From: Spirochaetia bacterium
GTDB taxonomy: Bacteria; Spirochaetota; Spirochaetia; SZUA-6; Bin103
Assembly (NCBI GenBank): GCA_965199955.1
Contig: CBDATQ010000001.1
Coordinates: 640,001 to 704,000, forward strand
Length of the DNA: 64,000 nt
Reading direction: 5' to 3'
Positions 13,375-26,785 of this stretch are shown here, one piece after another. Both the position numbers and the translations under genes were made by a program. Positions within the stretch are counted from its first letter, which is position 1. The number at the start of each line of letters is the position of its first letter. A model generated the notes under the pieces. It had not been told where the DNA came from. It searched no databases and worked only from the letters and a program-made list of their open reading frames with translations.

Positions 13375-13396
13375 CGCAACCCTACAGGAGGACACG

Positions 13397-13819
13397 ATGG
13401 GAGTTCGAAAGGCACAGGCGGAATGGAAGGGCGATCTCAAGGGCGGCAGCGGCACCATGTCGATCGGCGGCCGTTTCGAGCAGCCGTTCACGTTCAGCTC
13501 ACGGTTCGAGGAAGGCGCGGGCAGCAACCCGGAGGAGCTCTTGGCAGCGGCGCACGCCGGCTGCTACTCGATGGCGCTGTCGCACGGCTTGGCCGAGGCC
13601 GGCCACACCCCGACCCGCGTCAGCACTACCGCGGACGTCTCCCTGGAGATGACCGACGGCGGCCCCACCATCACCACCATAGCGCTGGTGTGCGACGCGG
13701 AGGTGCCGGGCATCGACGACGCGAAGTTCCAGGAGATCGCGGAGGCCACCAAGAGCGGCTGCCCGGTCTCCCGCGCGCTGGCCGGCCCGGAGATCACCCT
13801 GCAGGCGACGCTCGGGTAG
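13397..13819 (+). CDS. osmC: OsmC family peroxiredoxin
   Basis: NPEELLAAAHAGCYSMAL and CPVSRAL; GGAGG RBS upstream. Confidence 0.92.
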   Translation: MGVRKAQAEWKGDLKGGSGTMSIGGRFEQPFTFSSRFEEGAGSNPEELLAAAHAGCYSMALSHGLAEAGHTPTRVSTTADVSLEMTDGGPTITTIALVCDAEVPGIDDAKFQEIAEATKSGCPVSRALAGPEITLQATLG

Positions 13820-13867
13820 CGCCGTTCGTCGGGCGCGCTCAGTTGGTGGGGTAAGCTGAGCGCAATC

Positions 13868-14218
13868 ATGCCCCGGCAGACCTACCGGCAGCGCATCGTC
13901 GAGCGACACCGGCGTCGCGACCGGCAGCTTGAGGCTGACATGCGGCGCGAAGCGGAGCGGTTGGCGCGGCTGGCCGGTGAGCGGTACCGGTTCCGCCGAC
14001 TCTATCTGTTCGGGTCGGTGGCTCGCAGCGCGCGTCTTGCGGTGTGGTCGGACATCGATCTGGCAGTCGAGGGCTTGGCGCCCGAGGATTATTGGCCGCT
14101 CGTCGGGTTGCTGACCGCCGACGCGAAGTACCCTCTGGACGTGAAGGTCCTGGAGGACCTGCCGGCGGCATCGCGGAACGAGATCAGAGCGTTTGGCGTG
14201 GTGCTCCATGAGGCGTGA
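13868..14218 (+). CDS. Minimal nucleotidyltransferase (MNT) antitoxin
   Basis: YLFGSVAR...SDIDLAVEG (GS-X10-DxD). Confidence 0.85.
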   Translation: MPRQTYRQRIVERHRRRDRQLEADMRREAERLARLAGERYRFRRLYLFGSVARSARLAVWSDIDLAVEGLAPEDYWPLVGLLTADAKYPLDVKVLEDLPAASRNEIRAFGVVLHEA

Positions 14219-14687
14219 CGACCCGCTCGATGAGGTAGCGACGGCGATCCGCCGCGAGCTTGCGAACTGCGCGGCCCTGCGCGCGGAGGCACGCGCCGAG
14301 CGGCGCAAGCCGGAGCGGAATCCGCGCGTGCTCGGCTCGATCACGCACGACTTCTACAACTGCTGCGAACGGGTGTTCCGCCGGATCGGCGCGGAGATCA
14401 ACGGGGCCTCCTATCGCGGTGAGGCATGGCACAAGGAGCTGCTGTTCCGCATGACCGTGGCGGTGCCCGGCGTCCGGCCTCGGGTCATCAGCGAGGAGCT
14501 CGCCGCGGAACTGGACGAATACCTCTCGTTCCGGCACGTGTTCCGCAACATCTATGGATTCGAGCTCAAGGGAGACCGGCTCGCCCGGCTCAGCGAGAGG
14601 CTGGACGGCGTCGCAGGGCGATTCGAGGCCGAGATCGAGACGTTTCTGGCATCTCTGGATGACGTAGCCGAAGACGCCGCCGATTGA
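14208..14687 (+). CDS. HEPN (HepT-like) ribonuclease toxin
   Basis: HDFYNCCERVF, WHKELL, YLSFRHVFRNIYGFEL; overlaps the MNT gene. Confidence 0.82.
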   Translation: MRRDDPLDEVATAIRRELANCAALRAEARAERRKPERNPRVLGSITHDFYNCCERVFRRIGAEINGASYRGEAWHKELLFRMTVAVPGVRPRVISEELAAELDEYLSFRHVFRNIYGFELKGDRLARLSERLDGVAGRFEAEIETFLASLDDVAEDAAD

Positions 14688-14795
14688 CCGCATCGCGCGG
14701 CCCGGCGTATCGCTCGCTCCCATGCACGCAGGATCTGCTCAAACAGGCGTCTATTTCGTCATATCCCGTGGTATGGTTAGCCGTTCATAGATCAA

Positions 14796-15293
14796 ATGGA
14801 ACGATTCGTTGAGGGGGCTCTGCGCCGCTGGCTCGCTCGCCGCCGGCGCAAGCCGCTGGTCCTGCGCGGGGTTCGTCAGGTCCGGTTGGTGAACGAAGGC
14901 GGCATCGCCGAGCAGCACGTCGGGCAGCAGTTGGCGACGCTCGGAGCAGGGGAGGCCGCGCCGGAACTCCACTACTGGTTGCGTCACGCCAGGGCGGGAA
15001 ACGCCGAGGTGGACTACGTGACCTCACGGGGAGACTGGATCATTCCGGTCGAGGTGAAGGCTGACCGTAGCGGGTCGCTGAAGTCGCTGTTGCAGTACGC
15101 CCACGAGAAGCGCCCGCCGATCGCGGTCCGCTTCGACACCAACCCGCCGAGCCTGCAGACCGTGCGGCATGCCATCTTCATCATCGATGCGCGGCCGCCC
15201 CACTTGCCGATAGTTGCGCCGGTTCCGGCGCCGGCGTTGCCCTGTGCCGCCGGCGGCAGCGGCAGCGGGCGCTTCGCCCGACACGCGGCGTAG
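14796..15293 (+). pseudogene. Internally deleted AAA_14/DUF4143 ATP-binding protein remnant
   Basis: N-terminus RKPLVLRGVRQV breaks off before the Walker A GK(T/S) and joins directly to a DUF4143-like C-terminus (AEQHVGQQL..YW..AEVDY..IPVEVK..GSLKSL). Confidence 0.7.
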
Positions 15294-15519
15294 CCTATCT
15301 CCGCGCGCAGGATTCGCGCCTCGGTGCGCCTGACGGCCGCGGGGCGCAGATCCTCCGCGGCGGGGTCCGCGGCCGCCAGGCGCGGCAGCCATCGCCTCCC
15401 GCTGAGTGTTGTCGCGGACTTTCCGTTCCATTCTGCCGGGCTTCACCTTCGGTTCACGCTGCGGACCCCATATTCGTTCCGAATCACAGTCGCCGGAAGG
15501 CGACGGAGGAGGAGCGAAG

Positions 15520-15900
15520 ATGAAACGCTCAAAGGTTTTCGCAATCGCCCTGGTGGCGATCATCGGTGCGGCGGCCGTCGGATCGGCCGTGGAGGTCGTC
15601 GGCGAGACGGAGCATGGGACACAGCTTGCGCCCACGCATCAGATTCTCGACTTGCTCGCGGAGCAGGGGTTCGATGTCGACCGGCTCGACAGCGAACAGG
15701 CCCAGGACCTGATGAACGAGCTGACGCGGGACGAGGAGGTCTATCCGGACCTGAAGGCTCTCATCCACGGCGAGCTCTGGCGCGGTCTCGGTGCCGGTGT
15801 CGGAACGCTCAGCTATGCAGGCGAAGACGAAACCGAGGCCGACGCCGTCTACATGGACATCGCCGGCTTCATGTGGCGCCTGTACCTCTCGGAGGAGTGA
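15520..15900 (+). CDS. Small secreted hypothetical protein (126 aa)
   Basis: GGAGGAGG RBS; signal-peptide-like MKRSKVFAIALVAIIGAAAVG; acidic mature region. Confidence 0.7.
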   Translation: MKRSKVFAIALVAIIGAAAVGSAVEVVGETEHGTQLAPTHQILDLLAEQGFDVDRLDSEQAQDLMNELTRDEEVYPDLKALIHGELWRGLGAGVGTLSYAGEDETEADAVYMDIAGFMWRLYLSEE

Positions 15901-15902
15901 CC

Positions 15903-16065
15903 GTGCGCGCTGCAGACGGAGGGAGCCGCAGGTAGCACTACCTGAAGCCCCCTCCTGAAGGTCAGCCGAGGTTCCGGTCCCGAAAGCGGCAAGCCCACGG
16001 ACCGGGGCCTCGATCCGGCCGTGATCGTACCACGGCGGCGGAGCGGCTTCGGAGTTGTCCCGCAC
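15903..16065 (+). ncRNA. Candidate structured RNA or repeat element
   Basis: Four consecutive stems closed by GTGCG/CGCAC; G-U pairs favour the + strand. No family recognised. Confidence 0.3.
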
Positions 16066-16253
16066 AACATCATGGGCGAAGGTCTCTCTCAGCCCGTTCA
16101 CCGCGATTGATCAGCCCACTGCGCGGGCTCACGGAGAACCCCGCATTGCGGAGCGTGATCAGTACGTCGCCCAAGTGTAGGTCGTCCAAGACCAAACCTC
16201 TCTGGATCGCTGTTCTGAGAATGTTGGCGTAGACGACACTGGGACTCGGATCT

Positions 16254-16652
16254 TTGGTGTCCGACAGTTCCCCGATGGCCTCACGTACCATCGCATTACA
16301 TGCCATAGCCGGCTTCGATCGCCAGACGCCGACCGCCACCGTCAAGCGCTTGGTGGACGACCTTGCTTCTGGCGGAGACCGTCGCCGTGCGGCGGCTTCG
16401 TCGGCTCTCGTCGCCATCGGCTCCGATGAGGTGATCACGACGCTGGCTGCCGCGGCACGCACCGCGCCGGATGACTGGCTTCTCGCCACCCTCGGGCGCA
16501 TGCCGCCGACTCGCGTCCGTTGGCTCCTTGCTGATGACAGCCTGCTGACGCGCATCTCACCCATGCTTCTTACCGCCGACGGCGCGAATTGGCTCGCGAC
16601 CGAGGAGAAGCGGGCGGACCTCGGTTTTCTGTTGGCGCAGGACCTCGCCTGA
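16254..16652 (+). pseudogene. C-terminal fragment of a HEAT-repeat-like protein
   Basis: Helical RRRAAASSALVAIGSDEVITTL pattern, no convincing RBS, locally lower GC and atypical codons. Confidence 0.4.
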
Positions 16653-16690
16653 GCCCGGCGCGCCCGCCTCATGCTACGGTCCTGATCCAC

Positions 16691-18443
<1,753 letters not shown>

Positions 18444-18457
<14 letters not shown>

Positions 18458-19031
18458 GTACAGCGACACCCGCCAGGAGTTCTGGCGGTCGCAGTTCGAG
18501 GCGGCCAAGCCGATGGGTCGGTACCTTGCCGACGGAAAGGACACGCACCGCGCAAAATGGGAAGCGATGGCCGGGCGCATCGCCCTGGGCGAGGAGCAAC
18601 GGCAGCGCGCCGCGAGCTTCGTCCGTACCATGCCCGCGCTCTGCCTGAGCGGCATCTGGTGCGGGGACTGCGTGCGCCAGGGGCCGATCCTGGAGGCGAT
18701 CGCCGCAGCCTCGGCCGGGGTCGACCTGCGCTTCGTCGAGCGGGTCGAGGACGAGCTGGCCGAGGAGTTGCGCATCAACGGCGCGCTCAAGGTGCCGGTC
18801 GTGGTCCTGTTGTCGGAGGACTTCTACGAGCTGGCGCGCATCGGCGACCGCATGCTCAGCACCTACCGCACGAAGGCGCTGCGCGAGCTCGGGCCGACCT
18901 GCGAGGTGGGCCTGGTGCCGCCGGCCGCGGAAGAGTTGGCGGTCGAGATCGACGAGTGGCTGGACGGGTTCGAGCGGGCGCAGTGGATCCTGCGCTTGTC
19001 GCCACTCCTGCGCCAGCGCTACGGGGACTGA
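18444..19031 (+). CDS. Thioredoxin-family protein
   Basis: WCGDC active site; [12 protein letters not shown]. Confidence 0.8.
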
Positions 19032-19044
19032 TCCCGGCGGGAGC

Positions 19045-21225
<2,181 letters not shown>

Positions 21226-21257
21226 TATCCTCCTTGGTCGAGAGAGACGGTGGTGCC

Positions 21258-21368
21258 ATGAGCGAGCTGGTGGACCCGACGCTGGCGTCCGAGCTGGCCA
21301 AGGTGAAAGGCTTGGCGACCGCCGGGCTGGAACGCTACCGGGAAGCCGTGCGGAGCTGTCTGCGCTGA
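21258..21368 (+). CDS. Possible 36-aa small protein or antitoxin remnant
   Basis: ATG ORF MSELVDPTLASELAKVKGLATAGLERYREAVRSCLR fills the gap between converging genes; purine-rich upstream sequence. Confidence 0.3.
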   Translation: MSELVDPTLASELAKVKGLATAGLERYREAVRSCLR

Positions 21369-21390
21369 ACCGGCGCCGGCCTGCGCGGGC

Positions 21391-21993
21391 CTACAGCAGA
21401 TGGCCCATCCTGGTGCGCTTGGTCTCCAGGTAGTCCTGGTTGAACGGATTGCCGGAGGTGATCAGCGGAATGCGGTCGGTGACCGCGATCCCCTCCGCGC
21501 GCAGCCCCTCGATCTTGCCCATGTTGTTGGTCAGCAAGGCAACCGAGCGCACCTTCAGCAGTTCCAGGATGCGCGCGGCGATCCGGTAGTCGCGGGCATC
21601 GACGGGCAATCCGAGGTGCTGGTTGGCCTCGATCGTGTCCATGCCCTCGTCGTCCTGAAGCCGGTAGGCGTGCAGCTTGTTGATCAGGCCGATGCCGCGG
21701 CCCTCCTGGCGCAGGTAGATCACCGCACCGCAGGGCTGCGAGCCGATGTGGCACAGCGCGGCGTCGAGCTGCTCGCGGCAGTCGCAGCGCTGCGAGCCGA
21801 ACACCTCTCCGGTCAGGCACTCGGAGTGGACGCGGACCGGGCAGTCCTGCGCCCCGTCAATCTCGCCGTGGATGATCGCCAGGTGCTCCTGCGCGTGGTC
21901 GTCGGTGCTGAACGCGGAGAGCCGGAACTTGCCGAAGCGCGTCGGCAGATCGACGGTGGTCTCCAGTTGCACGCCGTTTCCCGTCTGTCCCAT
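21391..21993 (-). CDS. ribA: GTP cyclohydrolase II
   Basis: VRVHSECLTGEVFGSQRCDCREQL, QEGRGIGL, LLTNN. Confidence 0.95.
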   Translation of the reverse strand: MGQTGNGVQLETTVDLPTRFGKFRLSAFSTDDHAQEHLAIIHGEIDGAQDCPVRVHSECLTGEVFGSQRCDCREQLDAALCHIGSQPCGAVIYLRQEGRGIGLINKLHAYRLQDDEGMDTIEANQHLGLPVDARDYRIAARILELLKVRSVALLTNNMGKIEGLRAEGIAVTDRIPLITSGNPFNQDYLETKRTRMGHLL

Positions 21994-22068
21994 TGCGACT
22001 CTCTGGCACAACCTATGGCGTAGGCGTTCCTGGGTCAACGTTGGCGATCGGGAACGGGATCGGCGCGT

Positions 22069-22899
22069 TCAGACTCGCCTGCGGCCTCGGGAGGACCGGA
22101 TGGTCTGCGTGAGCAGCGCGAACGCCTCCTCCACGTCGTCGACCTTGTGGACGAGCTCCAGGTCGGCGGCGGTGATGGCCCCCCACTCCACCAGCTTCTC
22201 GAAGTCGACCACGTCATCCCAGTACTCGCGGCCGTAGACGATCACCTGCACGGGGCGCTGCACCTTGCGCGTCTGCAGCAGGGTCAGCACCTCGAACATC
22301 TCGTCCATGGTGCCGTAGCCGCCGGGGAACACCACCAGCGCCCGCGCCAGGTACATGAACCAGAACTTGCGCATGAAGAAGTAGTGGAACTCGACGGCCA
22401 GGCCCGGGGTGATGTAGGGGTTGGGCGCAGGCTCGTGCGGCAGGCTGATGGCCAGGCCGACGCTCTGCCCGCCCGCTTCGGCGGCGCCCCGGTTGGCGGC
22501 CTCCATCATGCCGGGACCGCCGCCGGAGCAGACGACCAGCTCATTCTCGTGCCCGGTTTCCCTGGCCCACGTGGTGAGCCTGCGTGCCAGCTCGCGGGCA
22601 TCCTCGTAGTAGGCGGCCAGCCGGACCTGGCGCTGGGCGTAGCGCGTCTCGGCGATGGACACGCCGGCTTGCCTGCCGGAGGCGGCCGCGCCGTAGCGTT
22701 GCTCCGCCTCCGCCATGGGGAGGGTCCGGCTCGATCCGAAGAACACGATGGCGTTGCGGATGCGGCGGCGGCGCAGGCGCGCCTGCGGCTCCAGGTACTC
22801 GGAGAGGATGCGCACCGTGCGGGCGTCCCGGCTGCGCAGGAATGCCAGGTTCTCGTACGCCTTGCTGATGGGCTTGGGGTCGTTCGGCTTGTCGCTCAT
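22069..22899 (-). CDS. LOG family nucleotide phosphoribohydrolase
   Basis: SGGGPGMMEAANRGA, FHYFFMRKFWF, PGGYGTMDE. Confidence 0.9.
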   Translation of the reverse strand: MSDKPNDPKPISKAYENLAFLRSRDARTVRILSEYLEPQARLRRRRIRNAIVFFGSSRTLPMAEAEQRYGAAASGRQAGVSIAETRYAQRQVRLAAYYEDARELARRLTTWARETGHENELVVCSGGGPGMMEAANRGAAEAGGQSVGLAISLPHEPAPNPYITPGLAVEFHYFFMRKFWFMYLARALVVFPGGYGTMDEMFEVLTLLQTRKVQRPVQVIVYGREYWDDVVDFEKLVEWGAITAADLELVHKVDDVEEAFALLTQTIRSSRGRRRV

Positions 22900-22925
22900 G
22901 GCTGGTCGTCCGCGGCGGCCCGCGC

Positions 22926-23870
22926 TCAGCGGACGCCGGTCGGTACCGGCACCGAGTCCACGACGCGCTGCAGGACGGTCGCGGCGTCGAGGTTCTCGAT
23001 GCGCGCCTCGGCGGACAGCACCAGCCGGTGCGGGACCACTGCCGGCAGCATCGTTCGCACGTCCTCCGGCAGCACGAAGTCGCGCCCGTCCGCCAGCGCG
23101 AATGCCTGCGCGGCCAGCAGCACGTGCTGGGAGCATCGGGGGCTGGCGCCCAGCTTCAGCAGCGGGTTGTCGCGGGTGCGGGACGCCAGGGCGATCACGT
23201 AGTCCTTGATCGAGCCGTCGACCTGCACCTGCCGGACGGCGCCGCGCAGTGCCACGATCTCCTTGGCGCCGGCCACCGGCCGCAGATCCGTCAGCGGGTC
23301 ATCGCTCTGGAAGCGGTCCAGGATCTCCTTCTCCGCCCGGTCGGTCGGATAGCCGAGCGAGAAGGAGATGCCGAAGCGGTCCAACTCCCCCTCCGGCAGG
23401 TGGAACACGCCGACGAAGGTGACCGGGTTCTGGGTGGCGATCACGAAGAACGGCTGCGGCAGCGCGTGCGTCACCCCTTCCACGGTGACCGACCCTTCCT
23501 GCATGGCCTCCAGCAGGCTCGACTGGGTGCGCGGCGAGGCGCGGTTGATCTCGTCGGCGAGGATGAACTGGTGCATGATCGCGCCATGCCTGAACACGAA
23601 CGTGCGCTGGTCGTTGTCCCACGCGGTCATGCCGGTGATGTCGCCGGGCAGCAGGTCGGGCGTAAACTGGATGCGCGCGAAGTCCACCCCCGCGCTGGCC
23701 GCCATGACCCGCGCAAGGGTGGTCTTGCCGACGCCGGGCACGTCCTCGATCAGCACGTGCAGGCCGGATATGAAGCCGACCAGCATGAATCGCACTTCGC
23801 GGCTCTTGCCGACGAAGACGCGGGTTATGGCGTCCTCCAGGGCGCGGACCAGATCGGCGTTCGGCGGCAC
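22926..23870 (-). CDS. MoxR family AAA+ ATPase
   Basis: EDVPGVGKT, RIQFTPDLLPGDITG, DEINRASPRTQSSLLEAM, ATQNP; start tentative. Confidence 0.92.
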   Translation of the reverse strand: MPPNADLVRALEDAITRVFVGKSREVRFMLVGFISGLHVLIEDVPGVGKTTLARVMAASAGVDFARIQFTPDLLPGDITGMTAWDNDQRTFVFRHGAIMHQFILADEINRASPRTQSSLLEAMQEGSVTVEGVTHALPQPFFVIATQNPVTFVGVFHLPEGELDRFGISFSLGYPTDRAEKEILDRFQSDDPLTDLRPVAGAKEIVALRGAVRQVQVDGSIKDYVIALASRTRDNPLLKLGASPRCSQHVLLAAQAFALADGRDFVLPEDVRTMLPAVVPHRLVLSAEARIENLDAATVLQRVVDSVPVPTGVR

Positions 23871-23917
23871 GGCGGCTACCTTGGTGCATCCGCGATAACG
23901 GGTCAACGCGCGAATGT

Positions 23918-23946
23918 TTGACCGCGCATCCTTGCGCCACTACTGT
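23918..23946 (+). promoter_or_regulatory. Sigma70-type promoter of the Moco/msrPQ operon
   Basis: TTGACC-17 nt-TACTGT. Confidence 0.55.
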
Positions 23947-23957
23947 CTGATGACCCT

Positions 23958-25175
23958 ATGATTTCCGTGGCGGAGGCCGATCGCATCCTCGCCGATGAAG
24001 CGTGGTCGCTGCCGGCCGAACCGGTGCCGTTGCCCGAGTCCTACGGTCGCATCCTACGGTTGCCGCTGCGCTCCGACCGCGACCTGCCTCCCTACGACCG
24101 GGCGACCATGGACGGCATCGCCGTGCGCTCCGCGGCACTGGCCGCGGGCAGCCGCCGGTTCGCGGTGGAAGCCGAGGCGGTCGCCGGACAGCCGGCGGTC
24201 AGCCTGTCCGACGACAGGGGCTGCGTGCGCATCATGACCGGCGCGGTGTTGCCGAGCGGCGCCGACGCGGTAATCCGGTCGGAAGACGTCACCTTCGGCG
24301 ACGGCGCGGCCGAGGTCGCCGCCGGCGTCGAGGCTCCGCCGTGGCACAACGTGCACCGCACCGCCAGCGACGGACGCGCCGGAGACGTCGTGATGGAGCC
24401 CGGCGCCCGCATCGGCGAGCGCGAGGCGGCGGTGATCGCCTCGATCGGCGCATCGCAGGTCAGCGTCTCGCGGCTTCCCCGCATCGCCATCCTCACCACC
24501 GGGGACGAGGTGATGGCGGTCGATGGCCCGGTGGAGCCGCACCAGATCCGGCAGAGCAATCGCTACGCGGCCGAGGCGATCCTGCAGGGGGCGGGGTTGC
24601 CGGCGGGCAGCGAGCACCTTCCCGACGACCAGGAACGGCTCGGCGACCGTGCCCGGCGGTTGCTGGCCGACCACGACGTGCTGATCACCACCGGCGCGGT
24701 TTCCATGGGGGTGACCGACAACATGCCGCAGGTACTCGCCGCCGCCGGCATGCAGGAGCGCTTTCACCGCCTCGACCAGCGGCCGGGCAAGCCGCTCTGG
24801 TTCGGCACCGGCTCCGCCGACGGCGTTCCGCGGGCCGCCTTCGGGCTGCCGGGCAACCCGGTGTCGGTCGCGGTCTGCCTGCGGCGTTACGTCCTGCCGT
24901 TCCTGTTCCGGCTGCTGGAAGCCGCGCCGCCGGCGCCGGAGGCCGCGGCCCTGACCGAAGAGGTGCGCTTCCCGATGCCGCTCACCTATTACCTGCCGGT
25001 CGCCCTGGACTGCTCCGAGGGCAGGCTTGCTGCCGCGCCACGTCCCACCGGCAGCTCCGGGGACTACCTGCGGCTCATGGCCTCCGACGGCTTCGTCGAG
25101 CTCCCCGCGGGGCCCGACCGCTTCGCCGCCGGACACGTGGCGCCGCTGTACCGCTGGGGTGCCCGTGCCGGCTGA
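23958..25175 (+). CDS. moeA: Molybdopterin molybdenumtransferase
   Basis: PPYDRATMDG, RIMTGAVLPSGADAV, TGDE, RPGKP, LPGNPVS. Confidence 0.94.
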   Translation: MISVAEADRILADEAWSLPAEPVPLPESYGRILRLPLRSDRDLPPYDRATMDGIAVRSAALAAGSRRFAVEAEAVAGQPAVSLSDDRGCVRIMTGAVLPSGADAVIRSEDVTFGDGAAEVAAGVEAPPWHNVHRTASDGRAGDVVMEPGARIGEREAAVIASIGASQVSVSRLPRIAILTTGDEVMAVDGPVEPHQIRQSNRYAAEAILQGAGLPAGSEHLPDDQERLGDRARRLLADHDVLITTGAVSMGVTDNMPQVLAAAGMQERFHRLDQRPGKPLWFGTGSADGVPRAAFGLPGNPVSVAVCLRRYVLPFLFRLLEAAPPAPEAAALTEEVRFPMPLTYYLPVALDCSEGRLAAAPRPTGSSGDYLRLMASDGFVELPAGPDRFAAGHVAPLYRWGARAG

Positions 25176-26253
25176 AACCGGCGGCGACCGCTTCGGGCGC
25201 GCCCTGCACGACCTGCGCGTGTCGGTCACCGACCGCTGCAACTTCCGCTGCCCGTACTGCATGCCCAAGGAGGAGTTCGGCGACGACTACCGGTTTGTCC
25301 CCACCGCCGATCAGCTCACCGATGCCGAGACCGTGCGGCTGGCCGGTCTGTTCGCCGACCTGGGCGTCCGCAAGCTGCGCATCACCGGCGGCGAGCCGCT
25401 GCTGCGCCGCAACCTGACGGGGCTGATCGCGGCGCTCGCATCGCTGCGCGAGCGCGGCATCGACGACATCGCGCTGACCACCAACGGATTTCTGCTCGAA
25501 CGGCACGCGCAGGCGCTGGCCGACGCAGGTCTGGACCGGGTGACGGTCAGCCTGGACTCGCTGGACCCGCACGTGTTCGAGCACCTGAACGGACTGAACC
25601 AGCCGCTTGCGCCGGTGCTGCGCGGCCTGGACGCCGCGGCGGCGGCCGGCCTTGGGCCGGTCAAGATCAACGTCGTGGTGCTGCGCGGCGTCAACGACGA
25701 CGGGCTGATCGACCTGGTGGAGCGCTTCCGCGGCACCGACGTCACGGTCCGCTTCATCGAGTACATGGACGTCGGCAACCGCAACGGCTGGTCGGCCGAG
25801 CAGGTGGTCCCGTCGCGGCGCATCGTCGCCGACATCCACGCCATGCACCCGCTGGAGCCGCTGGAACCCGCGTACGCGGGCGAGGTGGCGCGGCGCTACC
25901 GCTACGCCGACGGCGCGGGCGAGATCGGCTTCATCTCCAGCGTGTCGGAGCCGTTCTGCGGAGACTGCACGCGCGCACGGCTGGCGGTGGACGGCACGCT
26001 GTACACCTGCCTGTTCGCCTGGAAAGGCGTGCCGCTCCTGCCTCTGCTCCGGAGCGGCGCCGGTGACGCGGAAGTCGCCCGGGTCGTGCGCGAGACCTGG
26101 GAGCGGCGCGACGACCGCTACTCCGAGGACCGCAAGCGGATCCGGGTATTCATGGACAGCAGGCGCAGCGGCGGCAACGGCCGGGCGGCCGATGGCGCCG
26201 AACAGGAAGTGGCCGAGCACGCCAAGGTCGAGATGCACCATGTCGGTGGCTGA
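25165..26253 (+). CDS. moaA: GTP 3',8-cyclase (radical SAM)
   Basis: CNFRCPYC, TGGEPLLR, FCGDCTRARL..C, C-terminal GG. Confidence 0.96.
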   Translation: MPAETGGDRFGRALHDLRVSVTDRCNFRCPYCMPKEEFGDDYRFVPTADQLTDAETVRLAGLFADLGVRKLRITGGEPLLRRNLTGLIAALASLRERGIDDIALTTNGFLLERHAQALADAGLDRVTVSLDSLDPHVFEHLNGLNQPLAPVLRGLDAAAAAGLGPVKINVVVLRGVNDDGLIDLVERFRGTDVTVRFIEYMDVGNRNGWSAEQVVPSRRIVADIHAMHPLEPLEPAYAGEVARRYRYADGAGEIGFISSVSEPFCGDCTRARLAVDGTLYTCLFAWKGVPLLPLLRSGAGDAEVARVVRETWERRDDRYSEDRKRIRVFMDSRRSGGNGRAADGAEQEVAEHAKVEMHHVGG

Positions 26254-26785
26254 CCCGGCCGGCGGGTCCGGCTTCACGCATCTCGACGCCGCCGGGCATC
26301 CGCGCATGGTGGATGTCTCCGCCAAGGGCGCGACCACCCGCACGGCGACCGCGCGGGCGCTGGTGTCGCTGCCCCCCGCCGTTCGCGAGCGGCTGACCGG
26401 AGCGGGCGGGAACGGCGCCGACCACGCCGGATCCGGGGCCGACATCGTCACCGCCAAGGGACCGGTGTTCCACACCGCGCGCATCGCCGGGATCATGGCG
26501 GCCAAGCGAACGGCGGAGCTGATCCCGCTCTGCCATCCGATCGGCCTGGAGGACTGCACAATCGACATCGGCCAGACGCCGGCCGGCGACCTGTCGATCG
26601 AATGCCGGACGGTCGTCACCCACAAGACCGGGGTGGAGATGGAGGCGCTCACCGGCGCCAGCGTGGCGGCGCTGACCGTCTACGACATGTGTAAGGCGAT
26701 CAGCCGTGGCATCGTCATCAAGGACGTGAGACTGATGAGCAAGTCGGGCGGCAGGAGCGGTGACTACCATGCCGACGGCGCCTGA
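26246..26785 (+). CDS. moaC: Cyclic pyranopterin monophosphate synthase
   Basis: THLD..MVDVS, LIPLCHP, TGVEMEALT, YDMCKA, KSGGRSG. Confidence 0.95.
   Translation: MADPAGGSGFTHLDAAGHPRMVDVSAKGATTRTATARALVSLPPAVRERLTGAGGNGADHAGSGADIVTAKGPVFHTARIAGIMAAKRTAELIPLCHPIGLEDCTIDIGQTPAGDLSIECRTVVTHKTGVEMEALTGASVAALTVYDMCKAISRGIVIKDVRLMSKSGGRSGDYHADGA

Noticed and set aside
14500..14560. HEPN apparently lacking the RX4H histidine (RHVFRN)
   Set aside because: To my knowledge RH..RN.Y is a common variant in this HepT-like subfamily, so it is not evidence of inactivation.
22926..23870. MoxR without DUF58/VWA partners
   Set aside because: Partners may be encoded elsewhere in the genome; not informative from this window alone.
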